The notes under the pieces: model-generated | What the model was told of the DNA's origin: nothing | Database searches by the model: none | The model's input: the letters and a program-made list of their open reading frames with translations, nothing else | Made by a program: the position numbers and the translations under genes | DNA from: Lingula anatina | Lineage: Eukaryota; Animalia; Brachiopoda | Assembly: GCA_051362555.1 (NCBI GenBank) | Contig: CM120643.1 | Location: forward strand, 1,116,001 to 1,180,000 | DNA: 64,000 bases | Direction of reading: 5' to 3' | Shown here: positions 29,134 through 40,025 of the stretch, one piece after another | Numbering within the stretch: the stretch's first letter is position 1 | Layout: each line of letters starts with the position of its first letter

Positions 29134-30324
29134 AGTAGTAATAAAAGGACGGGAGCCTTACTAAAAAGGAATGGCCCTGAATGGCCCTCTAAATATATAG
29201 TTTTTTTTTTTTTTCCAAAAATAAAGATAATATGTTTTGTTTTGTTTTACTTCACTAAAAATGAGATGTTTATATTGGTTAGAATAGTTGTTGTATACAC
29301 AAGTTGTTGAAAGGTAGGGATTTGTTTTAGTTTTTCATTGGATGAACAAAAAAGACCCGCATTTATTATTGATCTAAAAAAGGAGAAGTGGCATTGTTTG
29401 CGGTTCAGTTGAACGCGATGCATAGTAAACAAACAAGGATCCGCTAACAGTCAGGTGAGACTATTGTAATGCACAAAGCGAGCAGTATGCAAGCCAAATA
29501 CTTAGAGTATTGTGATAGTTTGTGGTTCGCAAACACTTAATAGATTAAAACCTCCCATTTTATTGAAGTAAACTGTATTTGAATGATAGCATTAAATGAA
29601 TGACACTATGAGCCAGGTAGTGTTATAGTAAAGCAGTATTGTTTGCTGGTCAAGCAACTGTTGTAGTGGTTTATACGCACAGCTGCATTGAATATTATTT
29701 TGATTAATATGAGGCTTTCCCTTTATTTCTAAATGATCGCCTTAGTTTGTACAACAAACAAAACAGTATTGCACGCTGTAGGTGTACATAATCTGTTAAG
29801 CACAAGGCGTTTTGGTGACAAAATTCAAAGCATTTTTAACAGTATTTTTATGATAGTATTCTCATTTTTAAAAATCTGAGTTTTTCTCTTTCAAGTAAAA
29901 ATTCTACAGCATTTTACCTATTCAAGGTTAAACATTGCAGTATTTTTTCACCTTGTCTTTAAGAATCTGAGTATTTTTTTCTCCTGCAGATGAAACACCA
30001 TTGTTCTTTAATGTAAAAATGAAAAGTATTTTCTCTATCAAGTCAAAGTTTTACAGCATTTTACCAGTTCAAATGTAAACGTTGGGGTATTTTTTTTTCT
30101 CTTCGACTTAAAAAATGGGAAAACATTTTCCCTTTCATGTAAAAGTATAACAGCATTTTTCCGATTCAAATTTTTCGTCTTAAAATAAGAATTCTCAGTT
30201 GGAAGAACCACACATGAATCCCCAATAAAAGATATTGTAAACTTTTTTAATATTTCGAACAATATTTCAAGACATGTTATTACAATAATTGCACAACAGT
30301 GACGAAGCCGCCCTATGTCTTTAT
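29134..30324 (+). repeat. Left terminal inverted repeat of the Polinton-like element
   Basis: Near-identical reverse complement of 40026-41217. The ORF track shows mirrored ORFs at 29247-29432/40919-41104 and 30038-30262/40089-40280. Confidence 0.95.
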
Positions 30325-31502
30325 TCCTAAATAATCGCCTTGGTTTACAACATGCAAATCACTAATGCAGGTGGTTAGTGTACATAAACAATCTGTTCAG
30401 AGCGGGACCTTTTGTAGCTGCAACCATCACTTCATACTTTTTTTTCAATTCAAAAATAAATATGGGAGTACTCTTCTCTTCCTCTTTAAAATAAAAATGA
30501 GCATTTTCTCTTTGAAGTTAGCATTTTACCGATTTAATGTTACACATTGTAGTTGTTTCTGACCATCTTTGAACATACGTGTTTTTGTTGTTAAATTGAA
30601 AGTAAAAATTAACATTCACTTGTAAATATCTTCTATTTTAAAAATATAATACTCATTTTATCTGCTAGTCTGTCTTGTGCAGGGACAAACAGTTAAAATT
30701 TGATTCTTACATACAAGATGTAGACGGAAATTAATGATAAACATTGTCCAAATCGACAAAAAGAATGTCAAATGTAGAAGTAATTTTTTCCTCTTCAGTG
30801 CAAAAAGCAGTTTTTAACTTTAACAGTGCAATATTTGATTCCTGTTCATCTTTGAATATAGGAAAATTGACCTAATATGTAGAAGTAGGTTTTTTCTCTT
30901 CAGTGCAAGAAATATTTCTTAAGTTAAACAGTGCAGTATTTTCTTCTCCTTTTCGTCTTTGAACATCAGAAAATGTAATGAAACGCTAACCTTTTGCAGA
31001 AGTATTTTTCTGTATAGTGCATGAAACAACAGTTTTTTACTTTCTAATGCAAGTTAAACAGCACCATTTTTCTGTTCATCCTAGAAAATTAGAAGATATT
31101 TCCCGATGCAAATGACATCATAGGAGATTTGCCCACACAAGATTGCGTTTAAACATTGTAGGTTTTGTCTGCTTAGTCATACATGTAGAACCATAAATTC
31201 AAGAAAACACATGTTATATGGACAAAATGTACATTTATTAGTATTCTTCATTTCTATGCACACGGTGGTAATTGACAAACTCTCTGTTACATTGACCATC
31301 ACATCTAATGCGTTAACTGTTGAGCAGGATTTACTTTAAGTAAAGAGCGAAAGCTTGCCAAGGTAGGTATAGCACAAGTAGAGTTATGTAATAAGCTTTA
31401 ATGCTGAGTATGTGAAACGTTTGCCTTCCGAACATGCGTCTGTTACACACCGTTCTGTTGGATTAACAGCTCACGGTAGCAACACAGGTGCAAAATGTAC
31501 AC

Positions 31503-34500
31503 TCAAATATCTAAAGGTGCAGTGGAGACCCCATCTTCTAAAACCTTACGTTTACAATAAAAATAACTAAATGCATCTTTTTGCTGTACATATGTATACA
31601 TGCTGTTTTCTAATAACCTAATGCCTCTATTTTCACCAATTCCACTCTTTCTATTCAGTAGCACATCTAAATACTTGGTTTTATCTATGTCATTATTGTT
31701 TCTATTAACACCTTTACAGCTAAATTTCGGCTTTGTTTCTCCCCCAAAACAGTAATATGTCTTACTGCAAAGACCAACGATGCCGTCACCAATCCACTCC
31801 GCTTTGAACAATCCAGGCGTTCTTTTGTCAAAGGCCTCGTGCTCTGGCGTATCAGTGCGAGGAAACCAAAGATGTTTTTCTTTTTCAAACTGCTCACGCA
31901 TACGAGGTTTTATTACGGCTTCCAAGCTATCCGCCGAGAAGGCAATGTAAGCGGAATCCGTGTCCATTTCACAATACTGGAAATCGGACGGATCCACAAA
32001 CTTAAGCATGAAATCATAATAAAATTCCAACATACGCAGTTTGGCATACTGATACACCATGACACCTATTTGAATGGGTAAGTCAAACTTGATTACTTTT
32101 TTGTTTAGTTCGAGCTCATACGTGTCGTCAGTGATTTGATCTAAGCGCCGAAAGCGAGGGTTGTTCACTTTACGAGAGGCCTTAGCTTCACCGCAATATT
32201 CAACATCACGATGTTTTTCTTTATTGGTTACTGTTTTACCGTACCCCGAATTACCAATGAGCTTCATGGTATCGGCAACGATGGCTTTTGTTTTGTCTTT
32301 GTCTCCCTCTCTGCGAGCATCGCTCACGGCGTTACCAAAATGCTGGAAGCACGCTTTAGGTGTGTACTCGACAACCTGGTAGATGTAAGAGACGCGAAGA
32401 CCGTGCTTCACATACCATTTCAAGAGGGGCGTGGCCAATAAAATTTTTTCACCGAAAAAACTGCCTATAAGCGATTTTCTAGGAGCGCTCATAATGTCAT
32501 TTTCTTCGGCAAAATTCTTCATGTAAGCACCTATGTCATCTCTGGTAATGGTGGCGTTTTTAAAAATGGGTGGCATTTCTGCAAACATGGGTCTGAGTTC
32601 AGAGGGGACTTCTATATCGCATTCAACAAAACCAAACAACTTGTCATTGCAAACGGCGTGCAAAATTTCTTCAAATTTCAGTTGATGTTTGTTTTCAGTG
32701 GGGTGCTTGTACTGATTTACGAACAGTTGCACTTTTGTATTTTCTTTCTGTATTTTTTTCCATTCACACTCCCACATTTCAACCAAAGTGTACCCTTGTT
32801 CTCGAATGTACTGACTATTTTGTTCTGTTTGGATACGCAGTGATTTCATGGATACTTTTTTCGTTTCGTTTATTTCTCTAAATGTGCCGTCCTTGTTTTG
32901 GTTTAGATGACAACGATGTCCATGAAAATAACACCCTTGGTACTGATACACGGTGTTTGTCTCTGAGCAAAAACCATCAACAGGTAGTCGGGGTTGGTAG
33001 CCTATGCGTTTTTCAATGTTGTTAAACTGATGCCGGATTTTCTGCCCAGTGGTGTGAGCGATCCAGTCCAACCACATCGTTGCTTCCCTTCCATGGGGAT
33101 GGGAATATTCGCGTTTATACCCGGATTCTACATGCCTGCGTATAAATGTACCCGTTGGCATGGGTTGCATCAAGCACCATAGGTAAAGAGCATTAGCATC
33201 AAAACCAATAATTTTCTTGCAGAGCTTGGGATCATCTACAGTGGCTTTTCTAATCAAAGTCTTGTTTCTTTCATGGTAACGGTGGAATATAATACTTGGG
33301 CCCCCCACGATGGCATTTTTCAGGAGGTAGTGGAGATCGCTATTTTTGTCATCAAAAAGAGTAAAATAAGCGTCTCCAACGTTTTGAAAGAGGTATTTCA
33401 ATGTTAACCCTGGTACACTAATACCATCTTTAAACATATCAATTCCCCTCTCAAGGTAGAAGTCAAACATTTTAGCAACTGCTTCCAGCATAGGTTCAAC
33501 ATCTTTGTTGTTATACCAGGTGAGAAAGTCGCGCATTGTTTCCATATTGTTTTCCTCCCACACCCGTTGGCACAATGCGTAATCCTCCTCACTTATGGTG
33601 TTTTGCTTTAATTGTGAGGCAAATGCTTCACGTGGAGGGAGACAAGGGCAGTCGAGTTTATCCAAGGAGTCCATCCATTCATAGGGAAAGAACCCCTTAG
33701 ATTCTTTGCACTCGAATGCTTTGAGAAACTGACTGTAACTGCACCCAGGTGCTAAATAATTTCTGACATCTAAGATTTTCAAACTATCTGACTTGAGCAC
33801 CATAAAATTGTTGTTTCGCTTGACTACAAAGCGCAACTTTTCTCTGTTTATCAACGACGGAAAAAACAATGTTTTCATGGCATTCAAATCGTAATGCCCA
33901 CTATTGAACCCTAAAACTGGTAATTCCTTTAAATAGTTGCTAAACCTAGATAACAGTTTTGTTAAATAATGGCCCTTTCTAAGTCCATTAACATCCTCTT
34001 CTTCCTCACTCATCTCTATGTCTAATTCTATATCATTCGTGACTTTCGTGTAACCATTTTCAAACACCCACTTAAATTTATCATTCAGTATTACCTTAGC
34101 CTCCTGACTAATTTCAATGAGGGCAGCAATAAATTTACCCACAGTTTGCCTAGGATCACCGTCCGATATGAAGCACTTGGGCGTGGTGTGTCCTGGCACA
34201 TTGCTACAAATGCTTACACTCAGGAACTGGTGCTCATGCTGCAAGTGTAGTTTTTCACTGTGTTCGGGGTTGTTTGCTGCCGGTAGCAGGCACTCGATAT
34301 CGAAAGTTGCCCGATAGGGGTAATATCTGTCTTCCTTGGGGATGACCAGGCCGTAATCTGCCAGCTCCTCAAAAATAGTTGGAGGGGTATTGTATGCTTT
34401 ACCTGGGAAGCGGTGTTCGACGATAGCTTCACATGTCCGTTCGTGAACATGCAAATGACCTTTGTGCTTGAACATTTTGTTGCATTTTGAGCAGCAAAAG

Positions 34501-35831
34501 GACTGAGCGTATTTCCCCATGTCTTTTATGTACGAAAAGTGATTTTCATACACGTTAAGCGACATGGTTTCCTTGTACTTGCTCAGCGATCGACGCACAA
34601 GTTCAGCAAAAGTCGCACCGTCTTCTGTTTCCTGCAGCTCGTACACCACTATGTTGACTTCAAACATCTTTTCAACTCGCTCCAGTTGTTTGAGCGACAC
34701 ACCCTCAAACCCTTTGATCTTGCACCGCGCCTCGGCTCTGTATTTCTCAAAAAGTTGTTTGGTGGTTTTTTCTAGTCCAAGCACTGGCCACCCTCTGTGC
34801 AAGGCAAGGCATCTGAACACGCACAAATTGTCGTTATAACAACCATTCTGATCTCCCTGCAATGCGACCAGACCCTTGTTATTTGTGATATAAGACGGTA
34901 AAAAGCCACCACTACCGATCGGATGACCTACGAGCTTGGTCACGTAGAATGTAGCGTTAGTGATTATCTCGACTATCCAGCTGGAGTTGGGTCTCTCCTG
35001 CCGGGCGCACTCCAAAATATCCCTGAAAGTAATGTGCTCAAAGAAACCATCGAGGTCGTCTTTGTTTTGGATTACAAACGGCTCTTCTAGGAAGCAATGG
35101 TTGTTGCTACTGGGGTGATAGTAACGCAGTTCCCCGGTCTCGTTGTTTCTTAAGAAAAATCCGTAAGACACATTCAACTTAAAAACAGTCGTTTGGTCTT
35201 TTAAAACGGCAGCTAACCCTTCTCGAAGATCGTCAGGATGAATAGTGGTCAACCGAAAGTTGTACCAGTCTTGCAATTTATTTCCCCTAGAGAAGCGAGT
35301 GCGGATGGAGTTCCAGTGCTGCATGTAAGCGTCGCGTACACGAGGTTCAGTATCAGGAGGAAGAAGACCTTCGGGGATGCTGACTGGGTCAGGGGAAAGG
35401 ATATTCGCAGCGCCATACCCCATTTGTAGTTTTTTATGAACGATGCTGGATTGAGAATCTGCTTTTCTTTTGTTCAAGGGCCCTGGTTGCGGATGAGCTG
35501 CAGCCTGGTGGTTTAGCCGGTCCTGTGGGGTGGCAAATACTTCGGCACACTCGGGGCATCTTAAGGTCGGTTGTTCTAGTCTGGTCGAGTGTAAGCGCAT
35601 GTGACGAAACATGTTGCTTCTGTTCCCAAATCCTTTTCCACAAGTAGGACATTTAATGGCATTTTCAGTGCTGTGGCTGATGCGATGCTGTTTAAGTTGA
35701 TCGAGGCGACTGAATTTTGTCCCGCAGATATCACATTCGTGGGTTTTAACACCATGATCAACACCTTTATGGCGGATCAGATATTTCTTCAGGAGAAACG
35801 TTTTCTGGCAAATGTTGCACGTGTGGACCAT
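31503..35831 (-). CDS. Protein-primed family B DNA polymerase (pPolB) with N-terminal C2H2 zinc fingers, a vOTU-like segment and an inserted Vsr/PD-(D/E)xK-like nuclease domain
   Basis: Uninterrupted ORF, open from 35888, with the likely ATG at 35831 (GCAACCATGG). It has four C2H2 fingers; DNLCVFRC...ENHFSY; Exo motifs FDIEC, FNSGHYD and YNNKDV; Pol motifs FDANALY, KLIGNSGYGK, MDTDS and KTY; and the insert VDGFC..VYQYQGCYFHGH..EMWECEW. Confidence 0.95.
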   Translation of the reverse strand: MVHTCNICQKTFLLKKYLIRHKGVDHGVKTHECDICGTKFSRLDQLKQHRISHSTENAIKCPTCGKGFGNRSNMFRHMRLHSTRLEQPTLRCPECAEVFATPQDRLNHQAAAHPQPGPLNKRKADSQSSIVHKKLQMGYGAANILSPDPVSIPEGLLPPDTEPRVRDAYMQHWNSIRTRFSRGNKLQDWYNFRLTTIHPDDLREGLAAVLKDQTTVFKLNVSYGFFLRNNETGELRYYHPSSNNHCFLEEPFVIQNKDDLDGFFEHITFRDILECARQERPNSSWIVEIITNATFYVTKLVGHPIGSGGFLPSYITNNKGLVALQGDQNGCYNDNLCVFRCLALHRGWPVLGLEKTTKQLFEKYRAEARCKIKGFEGVSLKQLERVEKMFEVNIVVYELQETEDGATFAELVRRSLSKYKETMSLNVYENHFSYIKDMGKYAQSFCCSKCNKMFKHKGHLHVHERTCEAIVEHRFPGKAYNTPPTIFEELADYGLVIPKEDRYYPYRATFDIECLLPAANNPEHSEKLHLQHEHQFLSVSICSNVPGHTTPKCFISDGDPRQTVGKFIAALIEISQEAKVILNDKFKWVFENGYTKVTNDIELDIEMSEEEEDVNGLRKGHYLTKLLSRFSNYLKELPVLGFNSGHYDLNAMKTLFFPSLINREKLRFVVKRNNNFMVLKSDSLKILDVRNYLAPGCSYSQFLKAFECKESKGFFPYEWMDSLDKLDCPCLPPREAFASQLKQNTISEEDYALCQRVWEENNMETMRDFLTWYNNKDVEPMLEAVAKMFDFYLERGIDMFKDGISVPGLTLKYLFQNVGDAYFTLFDDKNSDLHYLLKNAIVGGPSIIFHRYHERNKTLIRKATVDDPKLCKKIIGFDANALYLWCLMQPMPTGTFIRRHVESGYKREYSHPHGREATMWLDWIAHTTGQKIRHQFNNIEKRIGYQPRLPVDGFCSETNTVYQYQGCYFHGHRCHLNQNKDGTFREINETKKVSMKSLRIQTEQNSQYIREQGYTLVEMWECEWKKIQKENTKVQLFVNQYKHPTENKHQLKFEEILHAVCNDKLFGFVECDIEVPSELRPMFAEMPPIFKNATITRDDIGAYMKNFAEENDIMSAPRKSLIGSFFGEKILLATPLLKWYVKHGLRVSYIYQVVEYTPKACFQHFGNAVSDARREGDKDKTKAIVADTMKLIGNSGYGKTVTNKEKHRDVEYCGEAKASRKVNNPRFRRLDQITDDTYELELNKKVIKFDLPIQIGVMVYQYAKLRMLEFYYDFMLKFVDPSDFQYCEMDTDSAYIAFSADSLEAVIKPRMREQFEKEKHLWFPRTDTPEHEAFDKRTPGLFKAEWIGDGIVGLCSKTYYCFGGETKPKFSCKGVNRNNNDIDKTKYLDVLLNRKSGIGENRGIRLLENSMYTYVQQKDAFSYFYCKRKVLEDGVSTAPLDI

Positions 35832-35934
35832 GGTTGCTGCAATGAATATGTAACTTGTTACACTCCAGATATGAAACCGTGCACTCAAATAAAAGTGGCT
35901 AATACAAAAACAAACGATTTATATGTTGCAACTA

Positions 35935-36670
35935 GCAATTCTATTGGTTGGTTATGACATCATATCTAAAATAGATTTATTTGTGAGGCATTTGATTGGT
36001 TGAAATAACGCAATACTGCCACATGATTGGTTGATTATGACATCATATCTAAAAATAGATTTACGTGTGAGGCATTTGATTGGTTGAAATAATACAACAC
36101 TGAAATATGATTGGTTGATTATGGCATCATATCTAAAAATAGATTTATTGTGAGGCATTTGATTGGTTGAAATAATATAATACTGCAATTTGATTGGTTG
36201 ATTATGGCATCATATCTAAAAATAGATTACATGCGAAACATTGATTGATTGAAATAATATAATACTGCAAATTGATTGGTTGATTTTGACATCATATCTA
36301 AAAATAGATTTACGTGTGAGGCATTTGATTGGTTGAAATAATACAACACTGAAATATGATTGGTTGATTATGGCATCAATTCTAAAAATAGATTTATTGT
36401 GAGGCATTTGATTGGTTGAAATAATATAATACTGCAATTTGATTGATTGATTATGACATCATATCTAAAAATAGATTACATGCGAAACATTGATTGATTG
36501 AAATAATATAATACTGCAATTTGATTGGTTGATTTTGACATCATATCTAAAAATAGATTACATGCGAGACATTGATTGATTGAAATAATACTATACTGCA
36601 ATTTGATTGGTTGATTTTTACATCATATCTAAAATAGATTTACGTGTGGGACATTATTTGGTTGAAAAAG
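35935..36670. repeat. ~83-bp tandem array (9 copies) rich in inverted CCAAT boxes, between the divergent pPolB and BIR genes
   Basis: CATCATATCTAAAAATAGAT (or a close variant) starts at 35958, 36041, 36125, 36208, 36290, 36374, 36457, 36539 and 36621. Each unit carries one or two GATTGGTT. Confidence 0.9.
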
Positions 36671-36803
36671 ATCAAACTACAACTTTATTGGTTTCATTAA
36701 AGATGTGACTCCTTGTTTCTAATTGGCTACTGAAAATATTACTTTTAATAGGGTATCGTTCACCATAGTAATTTTGTCATAGGTCACTATTTCGTTGGAA
36801 ACA

Positions 36804-37289
36804 ATGGATGACAGTGACATATTCCCCGATTGTGCATCAGAAGACAAGCCCTTGTTTTTTCGAATACCCTACTGTAAAGAAGAGGATAGAGTTCTGAGTT
36901 TTCTTGATTGGTCTGGTAGACTTCTCATTAACCCTATACCTTTAGCCATCAGCGGGTTTTACAGGGACCCGAATGCAATCAAATCTGACGACACGGTCAG
37001 TTGTTTTAATTGTAATTTAAACCTAAAGAACTGGGACCCGTTGAGAGATGCGGCAGATGTCGAACACAAGCGTCACAGTCCACACTGTACTATGAATACA
37101 GTCGACAAAAGACAAAATAATCCACTAAACTTTCCACTGCCACCCGAAAAGCGACACGAATTAGTGCAGTTGTTTGTCGCATATGAAAAGAAGACAAATT
37201 ATACACCCAGCACAGTGAAAACACTGTTAAATATAGGCTTTGATGAAGTAGACAAAACACCAGATCGAATGTCACACACTCTATTTTAA
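36804..37289 (+). CDS. Single-BIR (inhibitor-of-apoptosis-like) protein carried by the Polinton-like element
   Basis: EEDRVLSFLDW...LAISGFY...DDTVSCFNCNLNLKNWDPLRDAADVEHKRHSPHC carries the BIR CxxC..H-x6-C zinc ligands. The first ATG is at 36804. Confidence 0.85.
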   Translation: MDDSDIFPDCASEDKPLFFRIPYCKEEDRVLSFLDWSGRLLINPIPLAISGFYRDPNAIKSDDTVSCFNCNLNLKNWDPLRDAADVEHKRHSPHCTMNTVDKRQNNPLNFPLPPEKRHELVQLFVAYEKKTNYTPSTVKTLLNIGFDEVDKTPDRMSHTLF

Positions 37290-37309
37290 AAAGCAGTATT
37301 CGAACAGGT

Positions 37310-37792
37310 GTGCTTCATTTATGCGAAACAGTTGAAAGAGGAAGGATGAAACGGAGACACATTAATAAGAAAAACTGTAGAAGTAAGGGACGGACGGTTG
37401 AAGACGAAGGGAAACTCTATCATGGCCCTGTTAGTTTGGAAAACTTACTGGCACAGAAACATGAGGCACGCAAAGTTAAAAAGAAAACCACACGGAAAAA
37501 GTTATTGGCTAAACGAGATGCACAAACGATGAAGCGATTTCCAGCTGATGATAAATGTGAAAGGGTTGATCTTAACAACATGTCAAAATTTAGTTTCTTG
37601 TCAGCAATGCTTGATATATTTTCAAAATACGCATGGGCCGTTGGTGTAATCGAAAAGAGCAGATCGCGCCCTAGGTCGTTAAGAAGAGTGTACCCGAAAA
37701 TAGTAGGACCATTACCCCCTCAATCAGATGCAGGGACAGAACTTACGAATAGGGAATTTCAATCACACCTTAAACAGCAAGGTATAGCTTGA
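37310..37792 (+). pseudogene. Degenerate Polinton retroviral-like (rve) integrase
   Basis: VDLNNMSK..LDIFSKYAWAV..K and QSDAGTELTNREFQSHLKQQGI match the first two acidic motifs. The ORF stops before the catalytic Glu region and no chromodomain is visible. Confidence 0.75.
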
Positions 37793-38949
37793 AATCTGAA
37801 AGAAGTTGAGGACTAAACGCTCCGTTAGAGACTGGGTATTAACACCATGAATATGACCCAGGCTTCAACCAAGACAACTTTTATTTGAATTGAATCTGCA
37901 ACTCTTTAGACTGAGGAAAAACAAGTCATAAAAAGAGAAGAGTTCAATTTTAGTTCAATCTGAAAAAGCGATTGGATATTTAGTCTGTGTGACCACCAGA
38001 ATTTCGCGACGTCACGTTTTCAAAAAATGTGTATCTTGCTTGGGCTCAAAGTTTTGTAGCACTGCATCGCTTCACCGCCATGTACATAACACGTCGTGCG
38101 TGTATGCCACATTACATTTTTAAGTGTTAAAACAAGCCCAAATATCAACAGAAATGTAAAATTTCAAAATTTCAATTTCAAAAGGAAGAATAAATGAAAA
38201 TTATATAATTTGCTTACATGTGTTTTGTAAAATATAAAAACTGTATTTTACTTTCAAATGTTTAATTTTGACATCGGTTTCAAAATAAATGTAAAATGAA
38301 CAAAACCTTAAAAAACTCCATGATATAAAAAATTAATCGCTTTACATTGTACATGGACAGAAGTTTTAGTGTCCGTGGAAAAGAAATATTTTGAAAAAAG
38401 TTTAAAGATTAACAGCAGATTTGAAAATAAGTCCAATTAATTGTTATGACTAGTAAGAATTCTTACATAAGTTGCTTCAGATATTTCTTATCTTATTTTT
38501 TACTTATAATTGTTGTTGAAACAAAACTTAAACTCTTACGTTTTATGTTTGAACGTTTTTCAGATCAACTCTAATTTTAGTCCCCTTCTAAAGTATTAAC
38601 TAAGAACAATCTTATGTATAAGCTTTTACTTAATTTTTTTAAAGTTTCTTTTAATGCTGTACAAGTTCAGGTTAGAATTTATATTAAATCAACTATTATT
38701 TCACACATTGCCGGTGAAATGCTGGTTATAGTAACAATTAAGTGTTGCAGTGATTTTCTACCCCTTGCAGTAATAAAAGAAATAACTTACCTTAATCAGA
38801 ACTTGAGTATCAATCGAGCAAATGGTTCTTTCTTCTGCTGTCTGAGTGCCTTGTACTGTACACAGCTGTAGTATGCTGTATGGATAAACCCTGTCCCGTT
38901 TATATAACGTTCAAATTCACATGTCTAGGCCTGTTTCTTCAAATATAGC

Positions 38950-38969
38950 AAGCATGTCCAGGCATGTTT
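38950..38969. promoter_or_regulatory. Perfect p53-family response element (two RRRCWWGYYY half-sites, no spacer)
   Basis: AAGCATGTCC-AGGCATGTTT. Related sites lie at 38917-38936 and 39037-39056. Confidence 0.4.
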
Positions 38970-40025
38970 GTTCAAATAATGCAGACCACTGGTCAACAAA
39001 TCACTGTTTCAGGCCTGAACTACATAGTGTCTATATTCACATGTCCAGGCATGTTTCTGTTTACTCAAGTAATACAACCAGATGGTCAGCAAACAATACC
39101 AATTCTGCTATTCAAAGGATTGATCTCCATGGAAATTTTATTCTTACTCAGCTATGACCATGTCTCTTTGGTTGGATGTAAGCTTGTTTAAAGGCCACAA
39201 CGCATTGTTTACGTGCAATTAGCTACAGGTATCGCAATATGAGCCAAAACATCTGTGTGATTGTTTAAAAAATTATTTCTTTTTTGCCACCAATCATGCT
39301 TGTTGTTTGTGTTACTCGAATTATGGATTTGTGTTTGAATTTCCTAGCGTACGTGAGTAAATCATTAGTCCCAAACCCTTAGCCTGGGATGTTTCTTATC
39401 TCGGCACGAGTGACATCGAAGTTTTTTATTTGCTGTAACTAAGGACCTGTAAACAAAGAGAGTATATTAGGAGGGGCGCCGTAAATTCAGTATTTGAAAA
39501 ACTTACAAATCAAATTTCTCAGAGAACATACTCTTTCTGATATGATTTAGCTTAAAGATTACCAAAACTTGTCTAACAAACTCATTTAGAGTTCACAACG
39601 CATTGCTTGCGAGCTGAACACACCTGTGCAGCGTGAGTAGCCTATATATATAGAAAACACCTAAGTAGGTCAATGCGTTCATTTGACCTTTGACTCCTGA
39701 TCCATTAACACGCTCAATTCATTCTTCCAGCTCGTATCCCTGTTTGCTTTGGAGTTGTACTCCTTAACATGATACAAGAGATTAGACTATAGACGGTTAT
39801 TTAGGACACACGTCGTATTTGACACAAGCGAGACAGTTGTGATCAAACGTGATACAAATTAGCCGAGATGGCTTGTATCATTCACAATAACGAGATATCA
39901 TTGATGAAAAATCACCAAACCAAGGTGAGACACCTTTGCTGAACGACCCCTTTCTTCCCCTGTTTTTCATTTTTTTCCCTCTCGGACTTGCAGCTGATGA
40001 AGGTCATTTTTTTCATTCAGTGTTT

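Noticed and set aside
29038-30262. Small ORFs mirrored at 40089-41104
   Set aside because: They are incidental frames inside the TIRs, useful only as evidence for the inverted repeat.
35952-36437. Duplicated small ORFs (MQYYIISTNQ...)
   Set aside because: They are translations of the 83-bp array.
36783-37289. In-frame HEPN-BIR fusion by splicing 29033 to the acceptor at 36782
   Set aside because: The phases do not match: the phase-1 join reaches TGA within ten codons.
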